Of a stretch of 38,558 nucleotides of DNA, positions 20,597-30,738 are shown one piece after another (the stretch's first letter is position 1; the number at the start of each line of letters is the position of its first letter). Made by a program: the position numbers and the translations under genes. The stretch comes from Minisyncoccota bacterium (lineage in GTDB: Bacteria; Patescibacteriota; Minisyncoccia; Phycocordibacterales; UBA9973). The stretch spans positions 1-38,558 of the forward strand of contig JAYVGX010000004.1 of assembly GCA_043771685.1 (NCBI GenBank), read 5' to 3'. The notes under the pieces were generated by a model, which was not told the DNA's origin, did not search any database, and was given only the letters and a program-made list of their open reading frames with translations.

Positions 20597-21238
20597 TTAT
20601 AATTCTTCTTCTTTCCCTACTTCTAATTTTTTAAAATCAATACCAACCTTTGATAAAAAATGTTCTGGGATTTTATAAATAAAAGTTGCAAAAGATTTAA
20701 GAGGAGCGTCATGAACGGGAAAACAAATTCGTGGCTTTATTTCTTTCGCATAATCTATAGCATCTTTCATTTTCATCCATGGGCCAAGCACAGGAAGCGC
20801 TAAAATATCGACTTCTGCATTAGGTAAACTAAAAGAATCTCCTGGGTAACAAAAGGAATCTACCATGTAGCCAGTATTTTGAACCTGGCCATATTCTTCA
20901 TATATTTGTGCATGCTTGTCTCCAAAACCTTTTATTAAAATACCATCAAAATCATAAATCTCTCCGTCTTCTACTTTAATAAAATCGATTCCTTCCTCAG
21001 TCAATAATTTACCTACAGAAGTATTTGAAATAACTTTTGTATTTGGATTATTTTGTAAGATTTGCTTTAAAGTATCTATATGTAAATGATCTGCATGTTC
21101 ATGAGTTATCAAGATTAAAGAAATTTCTCTTTCTGAAACAGAATCTCCTCCATAATTAAAATCACTTGGATCTGTCATTATCCGTTTACTATTTATTTCT
21201 AAAACCAAACAACAGTGCCCTAGTTTCTTAATTTTCAT
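20597..21238 (-). CDS. MBL-fold metallo-hydrolase
   Basis: LGHCC, THEHADH, PGDS, PVHD; start reassigned to MKIKK at 21238. Confidence 0.9.
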   Translation of the reverse strand: MKIKKLGHCCLVLEINSKRIMTDPSDFNYGGDSVSEREISLILITHEHADHLHIDTLKQILQNNPNTKVISNTSVGKLLTEEGIDFIKVEDGEIYDFDGILIKGFGDKHAQIYEEYGQVQNTGYMVDSFCYPGDSFSLPNAEVDILALPVLGPWMKMKDAIDYAKEIKPRICFPVHDAPLKSFATFIYKIPEHFLSKVGIDFKKLEVGKEEEL

Positions 21239-21265
21239 ACTTCTATTATAACACATACAAAAAAA

Positions 21266-21300
21266 CAAAAAAAATTCGTCACCATAAGGCAACGAATTTC
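21266..21300 (-). terminator. Intrinsic terminator
   Basis: Minus strand GAAATTCGTTGCC-ttat-GGTGACGAATTTT (with G-U pairs) running into a U-tract. Confidence 0.75.
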
Positions 21301-21302
21301 AA

Positions 21303-21668
21303 TTAATATAAAACCTTTTTTCTCGAAAGTATTGGAGCAACGAACCCCAATGAATGAGCGAAGAATAATACTAACAAATAATAATAAAAATCATTATAAT
21401 TAGATATACCAAAATAACTCATTTCTAACTGCGAGAAAAATATCACAGTTAAAATACTAAAAATTATTTCAATTTGTCTTAAAGATAACAAATTGATTGA
21501 ATTTTTTTTAAATAAGTAATCGTAATGAATATAACAACCACTTAAAACAAATGAAATAATAAAAAAGATAATAATTAATCCAAAATCAGATACAATCTTG
21601 AATTCATTAGAAATAGAAAGAACTAAAAATTCTAATACAAAAATCAATACAACAAAAAAATTCTTCAT
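21303..21668 (-). CDS. Hypothetical membrane protein (~4 TM)
   Basis: 121-aa hydrophobic ORF followed by a terminator. Confidence 0.65.
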   Translation of the reverse strand: MKNFFVVLIFVLEFLVLSISNEFKIVSDFGLIIIFFIISFVLSGCYIHYDYLFKKNSINLLSLRQIEIIFSILTVIFFSQLEMSYFGISNYNDFYYYLLVLFFAHSLGFVAPILSRKKVLY

Positions 21669-21740
21669 TTTAGTAATTGTTTAAATTTGGAAACCACTTT
21701 ATTGTATTATATCACACAAAAACCAATGATGTCAAGCAAA

Positions 21741-24700
21741 TTAAACCTTGGTAATTAAGACTTTAAAGACTAAATCTTCGATTTTTACTTCTATTCCGGC
21801 ATTTTCTTCCACAACCAATTCTTTGACACCTACAGTTTTTAATAGGTCTGTTTTGAATAAATTAATTAATTCTTGCTCAATTGTACCCATCTCTACAGAA
21901 AGTACTATTTCATCACTTGCTTGGAGTCCTTGTTTTTTGCGCATATCTTGGAGGAAGCGTATGAGCTCACGGTAATTCCCCTCTTTGCGCAAGTCTTCTG
22001 TTATGTGAGTATCTAAATGTACATCTGTTTCTAAACTTTCATCTACAACAATATCTTTGACATTTAATTCATCTTTTACTATTTCTGTATATTCATCTGA
22101 AAGATTGCAGTCTTTCACTTTCAGCAAGTTAAGTGGTTGTCTAACTTTTATATTTGCTTTTTGACGCGCTTCGAAACCGAGCGTCACAATTGCGCGTGCA
22201 CTTTCCATATTTTTTATAATTTCTTCATCTACATTTCTAATTTCTGGCCAAGTTTCTAAATGCACACTTTCTGCATCAGTATCAGTTTTTAATTTCTGCC
22301 AGATGTCCTCGGCAGTAAATGGTGCAAATGGAGCCATGAGCTTTGCTAAAGTTTTCAAAACTATATATAAAGTTTGTTTAGAATTTGTATTACCATCTTT
22401 TAAACTCTCACGTGAACGTCTGACATACCAAGTAGAGAGGTCGTCTATAAAAGAACGCAACTCGCGTACTGGTTCGAGTAATTTATAATTATCCAAATTC
22501 TCAGTCATACTATTTGTTAGTTGTCCGAGTCTAGCTAGTATCCATTGGTCTAAAATATTTGGACTTTGTTTTATATTTTCTTTTTCCAAATCAATATCTC
22601 GATACAACTCATAAAAAGCCAAAACATTGTAAAGTAAATTGAAAACCTTATTATGTAACTCGGCAACGGTCTTCTCATCAAAGTTCTTCGACTCACCTGG
22701 TTGGTTCACACTGTACATCCACAAACGCAGAGTATCTACACCGTATTTATCAATCATTATCCACGGGTCGACAATGTTACCTTGTGATTTTGACATCTTT
22801 TTACCATTTGCATCGAGTATGTGCCCTAAACAAATTACATTTTTATAAGCAAGGCCTCGGCCCATAAGCGCCCCAACTGCATGGAGTGTATAGAACCAAC
22901 CACGAGTTTGGTCGATTGCTTCACAGATATAGTCTGCAGGGTACAAAATCTCTTGTACTTCTTTATTTCCTGCCCCGCCTGAAGTAGCCTCTCCTTTAGG
23001 ATTAAATGGATAGTGATCCTGAGCAAACGGCATAGAACCTGAATCAAACCAACAGTCCATAACTTCATTTACACGTGTAAGTGTTTGTCCATCTTTTTCT
23101 AAAACTATTTGGTCGATATATGGACGGTGCAAGTCTAGTTCATAATTCTCATTGTGAGGTATAGGTGTAAAGTCGAGCTCTACCATGTCCGCGTTTTCTA
23201 AATAATGAAAATCTTTTTTCTCTGTTATTAAATCAAGTGATGCTTGGGCAGTAAGTCCACGCACTCCAGAAACCATGAGCCATGCTGGTGCACCGTGAGT
23301 GATAATCAAGATATTTTTATTTTGATATTTACTTTCGCATTCATAAAGGAAATCCATACAACGATTCTTTACATCTTGATACGACTCATTACCTTCTTCA
23401 CAAGGATTATAAAAGTAATGTTCATTCTTTGGATACTTCTCGTGGAAATCACGCCAAGTGTGACCCTCATACATAGGCAGAGAAAGTTCATGCAAACGGT
23501 CATCATAAATGATATCTTCTTTTTTAAAGTCTATCTTGCCTGATACTAATTCGGCTGTTTCTGTGGTCCGAACAAATGGAGAAGATATGATCATATCTAT
23601 ATTTTTTTCTTTCAGAGTCAAAGCCTGTTTTTCAACACCCAAAATACCATTTGAAGTTAGATGGTCACCACTATTTTTTGCACAACTCACTACTCCGAGT
23701 ATATTGTGATGTGTCTCGCCATGACGCATGAGGAAATATTTATTACCCGACACTTTAGTGTGTTTCTTTAATTCATCTATCGAACCAATAGCTAGTATTT
23801 CTTTTTCTTCATTTATCCAAAGTGGTAACGGTGTACCCCAGTAACGCTCGCGTGATATAGCCCAATCTTTTACATCTTTTAGCCATTCTCCGAATCTACC
23901 ATCACGGATATAATTTGGTTCCCAATTTATTTTTTTATTTTCAGTGATCAAACTTGCCTTTAATTTTTCATCTGACATACGGATATACCATGAATCACGC
24001 GCATAATAAATAAGCGGAGTTTTGCAACGCCAACAATGTGGGTATGAGTGTTCGTACTTTTCTTTTTTAAAAAGTAGTCCTCTGTGGGCCAAGTCTTTGA
24101 TTATATCTATGGCTACTTCTTCGTCTTTTACAAATCGTCCAGAGAAATTTTCTATTCCATCGACATAATGGCCATCGAGTCCTACTAAATGTACTTTTGG
24201 TAAATTGATTTTTGTTCCTAATTCAAAGTCATCGGCACCATACATAACAGCTGTATGAACTACCCCTGTACCATCAGTTGTCGTCACAAAGTCTGCCGCA
24301 TAAACCTCGTATGCATTTTTAAATTTGTCCTCTGTTGTTTGTGATTTTATATATTCTGCTGCTTGACTGTAAAGTGGTTCGTATTCTAAACCGACTAAGT
24401 CTGAGCCTTTTACTGTTTCTAATATTTCATAACCAGGTAATAAAATTGATATTCTAGATTTTGCTAAAATATAAGAACCTTTAAACGCAAGAGCGTCAGT
24501 AATTTTACCAGTTTCACTATTCCCATGGCCAGCCTCAATACCATCTTTATATTCAACTTTCACATAATCAATATCTTTCCCGACCGCCAAAGCTACATTA
24601 CCAAAGAGAGTCCACGGGGTTGTCGTCCAAGCAAGGATATAAGTATTGTCTTGACCGATGACTTTAAACTTGGCTGTCACAGACAAATCTTTTACATCTT

Positions 24701-25295
24701 CATAACCTTGAGCCAATTCATGACTCGAGAGAGTTGTTCCGCAACGAGCGCACCATGGTACGATACGATAATCTTTATAAAGCAAATCTTTTTTATTTGT
24801 TTCTTTAACAATATTCCAAACTGACTCGATATATTCATTCTGATAAGTAAAGTACGGATTCTTTTGATCTACCCAATAACCGATACGATCTGTAAAATGA
24901 CTCCAAATATCTAAGAATTCACCGACACTTTCTTTACACTCTTTATTGAACTTTGCTATGCCATACTCTTCAATTGATTTTTTAGAGTTTAAATTTAATT
25001 TTTTTTCTACTTGCAGTTCTACAGGTAGTCCATGTGTATCCCAACCAGCCTTACGAGCCACATGAAAACCACTCATAGTTTTGTAACGAGGGATAGCATC
25101 TTTGAAAGCACGTGCTTCTAGATGGTGAATACCGGGCTTGCCATTGGCTGTTGGTGGACCTTCATAGAAAACAAATTCACCCGCAGGGTTTTCTTTGCGT
25201 GCTACAGTCTTTTCAAAGATTTCTTGTTCTTTCCAGAATTCTAAAACCTTTTCTTCCCTTTGTGCAACTATTGATTTTTGTTTGTTTTCTTCCAT
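21741..25295 (-). CDS. ileS: Isoleucine--tRNA ligase (IleRS2 type) with inserted histidine-phosphatase domain
   Basis: GPPTANGKPGIHH, GWDTHGLPVE, WTTTPWT, WAISRERYWG, KMSKS; RHGE...HG insert; no C-terminal Zn finger. Confidence 0.96.
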   Translation of the reverse strand: MEENKQKSIVAQREEKVLEFWKEQEIFEKTVARKENPAGEFVFYEGPPTANGKPGIHHLEARAFKDAIPRYKTMSGFHVARKAGWDTHGLPVELQVEKKLNLNSKKSIEEYGIAKFNKECKESVGEFLDIWSHFTDRIGYWVDQKNPYFTYQNEYIESVWNIVKETNKKDLLYKDYRIVPWCARCGTTLSSHELAQGYEDVKDLSVTAKFKVIGQDNTYILAWTTTPWTLFGNVALAVGKDIDYVKVEYKDGIEAGHGNSETGKITDALAFKGSYILAKSRISILLPGYEILETVKGSDLVGLEYEPLYSQAAEYIKSQTTEDKFKNAYEVYAADFVTTTDGTGVVHTAVMYGADDFELGTKINLPKVHLVGLDGHYVDGIENFSGRFVKDEEVAIDIIKDLAHRGLLFKKEKYEHSYPHCWRCKTPLIYYARDSWYIRMSDEKLKASLITENKKINWEPNYIRDGRFGEWLKDVKDWAISRERYWGTPLPLWINEEKEILAIGSIDELKKHTKVSGNKYFLMRHGETHHNILGVVSCAKNSGDHLTSNGILGVEKQALTLKEKNIDMIISSPFVRTTETAELVSGKIDFKKEDIIYDDRLHELSLPMYEGHTWRDFHEKYPKNEHYFYNPCEEGNESYQDVKNRCMDFLYECESKYQNKNILIITHGAPAWLMVSGVRGLTAQASLDLITEKKDFHYLENADMVELDFTPIPHNENYELDLHRPYIDQIVLEKDGQTLTRVNEVMDCWFDSGSMPFAQDHYPFNPKGEATSGGAGNKEVQEILYPADYICEAIDQTRGWFYTLHAVGALMGRGLAYKNVICLGHILDANGKKMSKSQGNIVDPWIMIDKYGVDTLRLWMYSVNQPGESKNFDEKTVAELHNKVFNLLYNVLAFYELYRDIDLEKENIKQSPNILDQWILARLGQLTNSMTENLDNYKLLEPVRELRSFIDDLSTWYVRRSRESLKDGNTNSKQTLYIVLKTLAKLMAPFAPFTAEDIWQKLKTDTDAESVHLETWPEIRNVDEEIIKNMESARAIVTLGFEARQKANIKVRQPLNLLKVKDCNLSDEYTEIVKDELNVKDIVVDESLETDVHLDTHITEDLRKEGNYRELIRFLQDMRKKQGLQASDEIVLSVEMGTIEQELINLFKTDLLKTVGVKELVVEENAGIEVKIEDLVFKVLITKV

Positions 25296-25334
25296 ATAAT
25301 CTATAATACATATAAAACCAAGCTTTTACAAGAC

Positions 25335-25370
25335 AAAAAAAAGCAGTTAATATTTTCATATAAACTGCTT
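25335..25370 (-). terminator. Intrinsic terminator of 25396..26238
   Basis: Minus strand AAGCAGTT-t-ATAT-gaaa-ATAT-t-AACTGCTT followed by a U-tract. Confidence 0.65.
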
Positions 25371-25395
25371 CATTTTTTAAACCTACTTTCTGTTT

Positions 25396-26238
25396 TCATT
25401 CAAGATAAGGAAAAATTTTTAAAACATAGTGCTTTAAGCCAGCGATAAAGATAGGTAATTTTGCTTCCTGATAATTTCTATACATTAGTTCTAACTCTGT
25501 ATCATCTTCGGAAACAGGAGTACTGCAAATGTATGCGACAGGATGACCGCTATCTAGATCCGAGTCTACAAAGTGCAGAGTCGACCCAGTTAACGCAGTC
25601 CCACCATTTTTTTTGGCAAAACGGATAGCATCCATAACTTCGTCTTTACCTCTGAAGCAGAAAGGCCTATCAATTATAGTTGGGGCAGGATGAATGTTTA
25701 AAACTTTACCGTACATACCCAACGATGATTGCAGATAATCGAGACGAGCCATATAGCCATCTAAGATTATTATTTCCGCTCCGATTTCTTTAGCTTTTTT
25801 AAAAACCAAACTCTCGAAAACGTGTTTTGATTGTTCTCTTCCTTTAAAATCTTCTTTTGGTAATTTTCTAAATAAAGATGGAATGTTCCAAATCCTGTCT
25901 TTTTCCAAAAATTTAGTGGGAAAAATCCAATTAGTTTGATCATTAGGTAATAAATCAAATTCATTTTTTAGATCAGAAACAGTATCATCTACAATAACAC
26001 CCTTAACCTCAATTAGACCGTGTAATGACTTTCTATATTGAGTTTCTTCTAAAGTCTTTTCTATTACACCTTGCATGTAAAATTTTTCTCCATTGATTTC
26101 TATAAATTGTCCATTAAATTCTTCATAGAGTATATTTCTTAAGGATGTAATAAACAGAACTCCAAGAGGTTTCATGGGGTATTGCCCTTTAATAAGAGAT
26201 TTTTCATCATAAAAAAACAAAGCACCTTTAGTTTTCAT
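25396..26238 (-). CDS. Formyltransferase-family protein (PurN-like, divergent)
   Basis: LDGYM, LNIHPA, GSTLHFVDSDLDSG correspond to N10-formyl-THF transferase motifs. Confidence 0.8.
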   Translation of the reverse strand: MKTKGALFFYDEKSLIKGQYPMKPLGVLFITSLRNILYEEFNGQFIEINGEKFYMQGVIEKTLEETQYRKSLHGLIEVKGVIVDDTVSDLKNEFDLLPNDQTNWIFPTKFLEKDRIWNIPSLFRKLPKEDFKGREQSKHVFESLVFKKAKEIGAEIIILDGYMARLDYLQSSLGMYGKVLNIHPAPTIIDRPFCFRGKDEVMDAIRFAKKNGGTALTGSTLHFVDSDLDSGHPVAYICSTPVSEDDTELELMYRNYQEAKLPIFIAGLKHYVLKIFPYLE

Positions 26239-26370
26239 AAATAAATTTTTAAATAAACAATTTTCTACTATAGACAGTAGAACCTAGATTTTCTAGTTTT
26301 TTATATTATACCATAAAGAAATTAAAAGTAAATATTTTGTAAAAATTATGCTTAGTGATAATATCAAGTT

Positions 26371-27036
26371 ATGATTTTCCCTAATCTTAAAAATAAAACT
26401 TTTGGCTATTTAAATTTAAACCTCGAGGCACAGACTTGGTATAAAGAAAAAGGACTAAAAATAAAAGACGAGCGAAATATATTACTTGATCCAAAAATAT
26501 GCCAAGAGTTCTTAGATGATGTACACAAAAAATACTCTTTAGACTTTTCTTATGGTGGTTGGATGGAGGACAGGTCTTTTATATGGAGAGGTAGTTATTT
26601 AGACAAAGAAAAAATTTTTATTCATCTAGGTATAGACATAAATGTACCAACAGGTACAGATATAGCCACCAGCTCGATTGTCGAAGTTGTAAAGATAGAG
26701 AATGACTATCCTCTCGATGGTGGTTGGGGTCCACATATAATTTTAAAATGTTTAGAAAAAAACATATATTTACTTTATGCACACTTGGATCAAAAAATAG
26801 ATTATAAGGTTGGTGACATAATAGAGAAAAATACAATATTTGCAAAAGTTGGACACGCTCCTATCAATGGAAATTGGTTCCCTCATGTACACATCCAAAC
26901 TATTAACCCCGACTATTACGACTACCTAGAAAAAAATAATGGTTGGGAAAATTTTGATGGCTATGGATTCTTAAACAATATTAAGTCAGACTCAATAAAA
27001 CACATAGATCCTTTAAATTTTATAAAAATACAGTAA
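26371..27036 (+). CDS. M23 family metallopeptidase
   Basis: HLGID (HxxxD), YAHL, PHVHIQ (HxH); no obvious signal peptide. Confidence 0.88.
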   Translation: MIFPNLKNKTFGYLNLNLEAQTWYKEKGLKIKDERNILLDPKICQEFLDDVHKKYSLDFSYGGWMEDRSFIWRGSYLDKEKIFIHLGIDINVPTGTDIATSSIVEVVKIENDYPLDGGWGPHIILKCLEKNIYLLYAHLDQKIDYKVGDIIEKNTIFAKVGHAPINGNWFPHVHIQTINPDYYDYLEKNNGWENFDGYGFLNNIKSDSIKHIDPLNFIKIQ

Positions 27037-27043
27037 ATTAATT

Positions 27044-27361
27044 TTATTTATACATCTCTCTCCTTTTCTTTTTTAATTCTAAAATTATGTTCTCGTCTGT
27101 TATGCGAGTAAATCTTTCAATCACCTTTCCGTCTTTTTCTATATTTTCAGCAAACATTGCAAATGGTCGCACATCCCAATGCTGACCTATTTTATAAACA
27201 CTGGCATTTTCATAAAGCGGGCGGTACACAACCATAGCACTCTCATCGAGTCCTTCTATTTCAGTATGGTGAGCTATATTTAAGACTTCGTAAGCATAGT
27301 TAAAAATATCTATATCTGTATGCTTATAATGATAATAAAACCCTGGTGCTATTTCTTTCAT
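27044..27361 (-). CDS. DUF1653 domain protein
   Basis: GFYYHYK..YEV..AHHTE..VVYRPLY..VRPFAMF..RF pattern. Confidence 0.85.
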   Translation of the reverse strand: MKEIAPGFYYHYKHTDIDIFNYAYEVLNIAHHTEIEGLDESAMVVYRPLYENASVYKIGQHWDVRPFAMFAENIEKDGKVIERFTRITDENIILELKKKRREMYK

Positions 27362-27374
27362 ATATTTTATTATA

Positions 27375-28364
27375 TTATTCTTTTAATATATTAATAATTT
27401 TACCGAACTCTTTAAAACGCTCCTCTGCGTAACCTCTAGAATTATCATACCCTACAAATATTTTTTTAAGAACACCCGTCACACCAAGGACAGGTCTGTC
27501 TGCAGGAATAGGGTCAATTTTTCTATGATTCAAGGATTCTGAAAATAACCAAGTATTTGTATGTTCAAGATCTGAAGTTAGTGATTTATTAAGATCATTC
27601 ATTACATCTTCTTCACATAAATCTTTGTTTTGAGAAACAACTAATAGTTCTAAGAAAGCCTTTTTTGTATCACCTAAAAGAAGTCCATCTTCACGCAAAT
27701 CAAAATCTAGATATTTATTCAAAAATCTCTGCAGACCAGCATTGCGAGAAGCATACTCTCCTGCATTATAATCGGCAAATATGCATTTTAATCTAAGATC
27801 TACATCTTCAACTTTAGAATATATTTGTGTTAAAAGTTTCAAATGCTTTACTCCATAAAAAACTCCTTCCTCTGGTTTATTTAATTTATCTATTGATGAT
27901 TCAAGGTCAAGATTTTCTTCTTTCATTACATGAGAAGCACTAAGTTCCATCGGGCCAGAAGTCCTTACTTCTAAAATATCTAAGTCGGAAATAGTTTTTT
28001 CTGAAGGTGTGATAGCTTCACTATAGGCTCTGGGTAAATCACGAAAACCACTTTCATGAGCAATAGTAGTTAGAACTATACCAACATTTTCATCAGTAAA
28101 AGGAAAATTATTTTTTTCAAAAGCATTTTCTATAATTTTTGCCCATTTATCAGAATTTTCCCATTGTGCATTGTGGGGGAATTCTTTTTTCATTTTTTCA
28201 ATAATCCCAGCTAAATTTTTACCCTTATCTTCCTCAATAATATTGTGTAGAAACTGTGAAGCATAGTCCCCTGTTGTAGACGCAACACCCATTCCACCCA
28301 CAATTGTGGCAGTAGTTTTTAGAAAATCACCCCTATTCATTTTTTTATTGAAAAAATTTTCCAT
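27375..28364 (-). CDS. DUF1615-like (lysozyme-like fold) protein with Tat-like N-terminus
   Basis: HESGF, TSGPMEL, FADYNAGEYASRNAGLQ; N-terminal NRGDFLKT plus hydrophobic stretch. Confidence 0.65.
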   Translation of the reverse strand: MENFFNKKMNRGDFLKTTATIVGGMGVASTTGDYASQFLHNIIEEDKGKNLAGIIEKMKKEFPHNAQWENSDKWAKIIENAFEKNNFPFTDENVGIVLTTIAHESGFRDLPRAYSEAITPSEKTISDLDILEVRTSGPMELSASHVMKEENLDLESSIDKLNKPEEGVFYGVKHLKLLTQIYSKVEDVDLRLKCIFADYNAGEYASRNAGLQRFLNKYLDFDLREDGLLLGDTKKAFLELLVVSQNKDLCEEDVMNDLNKSLTSDLEHTNTWLFSESLNHRKIDPIPADRPVLGVTGVLKKIFVGYDNSRGYAEERFKEFGKIINILKE

Positions 28365-28376
28365 AAATTTATTATG

Positions 28377-30074
28377 TCACACCACTTCCTGCTGATAACA
28401 CTTCTCACAATAAATAATCTCGGGTCTATCGGGAGCATAAGTTGTTTCGAATTCATTTTGGCAATTTTCTTTCATACAAGAACGATGGTACAACTTTGGA
28501 CTATTGATAAATTTATAGCGATCTAAGAAGCGACAATTATGACATTTGTGCGGCAATGGTAATCCTATTTTTTTATAGAACTGTAATTCATCAAGGACTA
28601 TCCTATAAGCACGCTTGCAAGAATCACAAGCTATAATTTCTTTTAAAATATCTTCTGATACATTGTTAATTAAATCTGGTAAATTTTTACTTTCAATGGT
28701 AATTTGAAATTCGCGTATATTTGGATCACGCCATAAAAATCCTTTTGATACTGATTCTTCTTTATCTAGTGGTACATAGTCTTGAGCTAGACTTTCATTA
28801 TAAGCAAGTGGAGAAAAATCGGCTGGAAAAAACTCACCGTATTTATAATCTCTTCCTAAGGAATCGGTAAGTGGCATCTCGTTCATATGATTGATAATTT
28901 GTTCACGTAATTTAAAATATTGTTCTTTTGTATACTGTTTATTCAAAATACAATATTGTTTCTTTTTTAAACCTACGCAACCAAAACAATCTACTGAACC
29001 AACGCAGTAACTACAGTACTCAAGATCACGTGACTCACCCCAACAATTAAAACAAAATTTAAGATTAAATGATCCTTCTCCACAGGTCACACATTCATAA
29101 GCATTTTCAACTCCCATAAAAAGTTGCACACAATCATATGAATTGGCTGCCTTAAGAACACTAATCTGGCAGTAACGCATATTTTCTCCTTCTTGTATTG
29201 AAACAGAATCTAGAACGTTTTTTGAATTACTAATTCTATCACCAGTACAATTTACATTTCTTATACCATGGAAATATTTAACAGGAAATTTTTGCCAAAA
29301 TTCAAAAGCTTTTGATTTTAATTCTAAAATTGACTCATAAGACCCTAAGTTTAATTCTGACATTCTTTTATCATATTCTTGTTTTGATAATTGTTCATTA
29401 AAAAAACAATTAGATTTGCCTTTTAAATTTACACATCCGAAACAATTCGTACAACCACGCAAACCTTTACTAAACCAAACATCAACACAACTTTCACAAT
29501 CTAAAGAATAAAAAGATCTGTATGATTTATAAACCATGACTCCTTCATAACATAACTCATCTTCTATTACTTCGTGAGAATCGAAAGAGTCTTTCATATG
29601 TGTAGCTTTAACTAGATATGCAGAATTTTCTACAAAGTCTGAATCAAAACATAAATATGCATTACGAAGTCTACCTGCCTCATTGCAATAATCTGAATTT
29701 ATCATAAACCCAGCAGAAGATTTTACTGGTAAAGGTACATTAGAAAACAAATCATAAAATTGTTGTAAGAATGGTTTTGAAAAATCTACATCTACTCCGT
29801 AATCTATCGGATCCCATTCATCACTATGCCAATAACTATTTTCATAAGTATTTAAATTTGCTTCAGCTGGAAAACCAGAAAAAGAATCCTCTCCTGTATG
29901 TGCATCTTTTCTACGGAATAAATTACGTTCATTTCTAAACGCGAGACGACGGATCATACGACATTCTGGGCACCATGTTGGTGCCGGGACTTTCATCTTT
30001 TCATAAAAAGAAAAGTCATCTGGTTCTATAACGAAATCATTCTTGCAATTTTGGCATGTTTTACTTTGATTCAT
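28377..30074 (-). CDS. Cys-rich zinc-ribbon protein of unknown function, copy 1
   Basis: CQNC..FYEKMKVPAPTWCPECR, repeated CxxCxxC, YGEFFP, NEFETTYAPDRPEIIYCEKCY. Confidence 0.88.
   Translation of the reverse strand: MNQSKTCQNCKNDFVIEPDDFSFYEKMKVPAPTWCPECRMIRRLAFRNERNLFRRKDAHTGEDSFSGFPAEANLNTYENSYWHSDEWDPIDYGVDVDFSKPFLQQFYDLFSNVPLPVKSSAGFMINSDYCNEAGRLRNAYLCFDSDFVENSAYLVKATHMKDSFDSHEVIEDELCYEGVMVYKSYRSFYSLDCESCVDVWFSKGLRGCTNCFGCVNLKGKSNCFFNEQLSKQEYDKRMSELNLGSYESILELKSKAFEFWQKFPVKYFHGIRNVNCTGDRISNSKNVLDSVSIQEGENMRYCQISVLKAANSYDCVQLFMGVENAYECVTCGEGSFNLKFCFNCWGESRDLEYCSYCVGSVDCFGCVGLKKKQYCILNKQYTKEQYFKLREQIINHMNEMPLTDSLGRDYKYGEFFPADFSPLAYNESLAQDYVPLDKEESVSKGFLWRDPNIREFQITIESKNLPDLINNVSEDILKEIIACDSCKRAYRIVLDELQFYKKIGLPLPHKCHNCRFLDRYKFINSPKLYHRSCMKENCQNEFETTYAPDRPEIIYCEKCYQQEVV
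28381..28487. repeat. 107-bp direct repeat, copy 1
   Basis: 105/107 identical to 30743..30849 (differences at 28386 and 28401); last 86 bp perfect. Confidence 0.95.
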
Positions 30075-30170
30075 AAATTCATTTTAGCATTACTCAACAA
30101 CCTTCAGTACTTGACACAAAACATATAAATATGTAAAATAAGACAAATTTTCACAAAAAAAATAAATAAA

Positions 30171-30638
30171 ATGGATAGAAATTTAATTGCTTTAGGTCTT
30201 TCTATATTTGCTGGTACTGCGTATGGTTTATGGCCGAGTATAGCCAATACATCCCCAGTAAAGACTCCGATACCCGTATTGAGTTTCTTTATGGGATTGA
30301 TGTTGATTTTTTTGTCTTGTATTCAATTCGCACATGCGTACAGTACAGACAAAAATTTACTATTAGGTGAATTTAAAACATTTTTTGATTCATCAAAAGC
30401 ACTGAAACTAATACTTTTGTGCGCTTTGGTAAACGTTGCTGGTACAGCTTTTTATTATCCGTTACTGGAAATATCAAAAAGCCTAAACACTAGCGTTTAT
30501 ATTGTTGTCACTTTATCACTAATGCTGGTTGCAGCGTTTGCAGCTGGAATAATATTTAGCGGTGACAAAATAGCGACAAAAAGTGTTATTGCTATAATTT
30601 TAATTATTAGTGGAATTATTCTACTAAAAATTGGTTAA
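30171..30638 (+). CDS. Small membrane protein, DMT/EamA-like (~5 TM)
   Basis: Hydrophobic helices; ends FSGDKIATKSVIAIILIISGIILL as in EamA half-domains. Confidence 0.7.
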   Translation: MDRNLIALGLSIFAGTAYGLWPSIANTSPVKTPIPVLSFFMGLMLIFLSCIQFAHAYSTDKNLLLGEFKTFFDSSKALKLILLCALVNVAGTAFYYPLLEISKSLNTSVYIVVTLSLMLVAAFAAGIIFSGDKIATKSVIAIILIISGIILLKIG

Positions 30639-30660
30639 ATTTATAGAGACAAATCAAGCG

Positions 30661-30699
30661 TAGCCGACAGAATAAAATCTGTTGGCTATTTTAATTTTT
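30661..30699 (+). terminator. Intrinsic terminator
   Basis: TAGCCGACAGA-ataaaa-TCTGTTGGCTA then TTTTAATTTTT. Confidence 0.8.
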
Positions 30700-30738
30700 G
30701 CCTATGTACTTTACTTAACTAAAGTACGTATTTTTTAT

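Noticed and set aside
25296-25395. T-box leader for ileS
   Set aside because: No T-box consensus; the space holds an upstream terminator and a -10 box next to the ATG.
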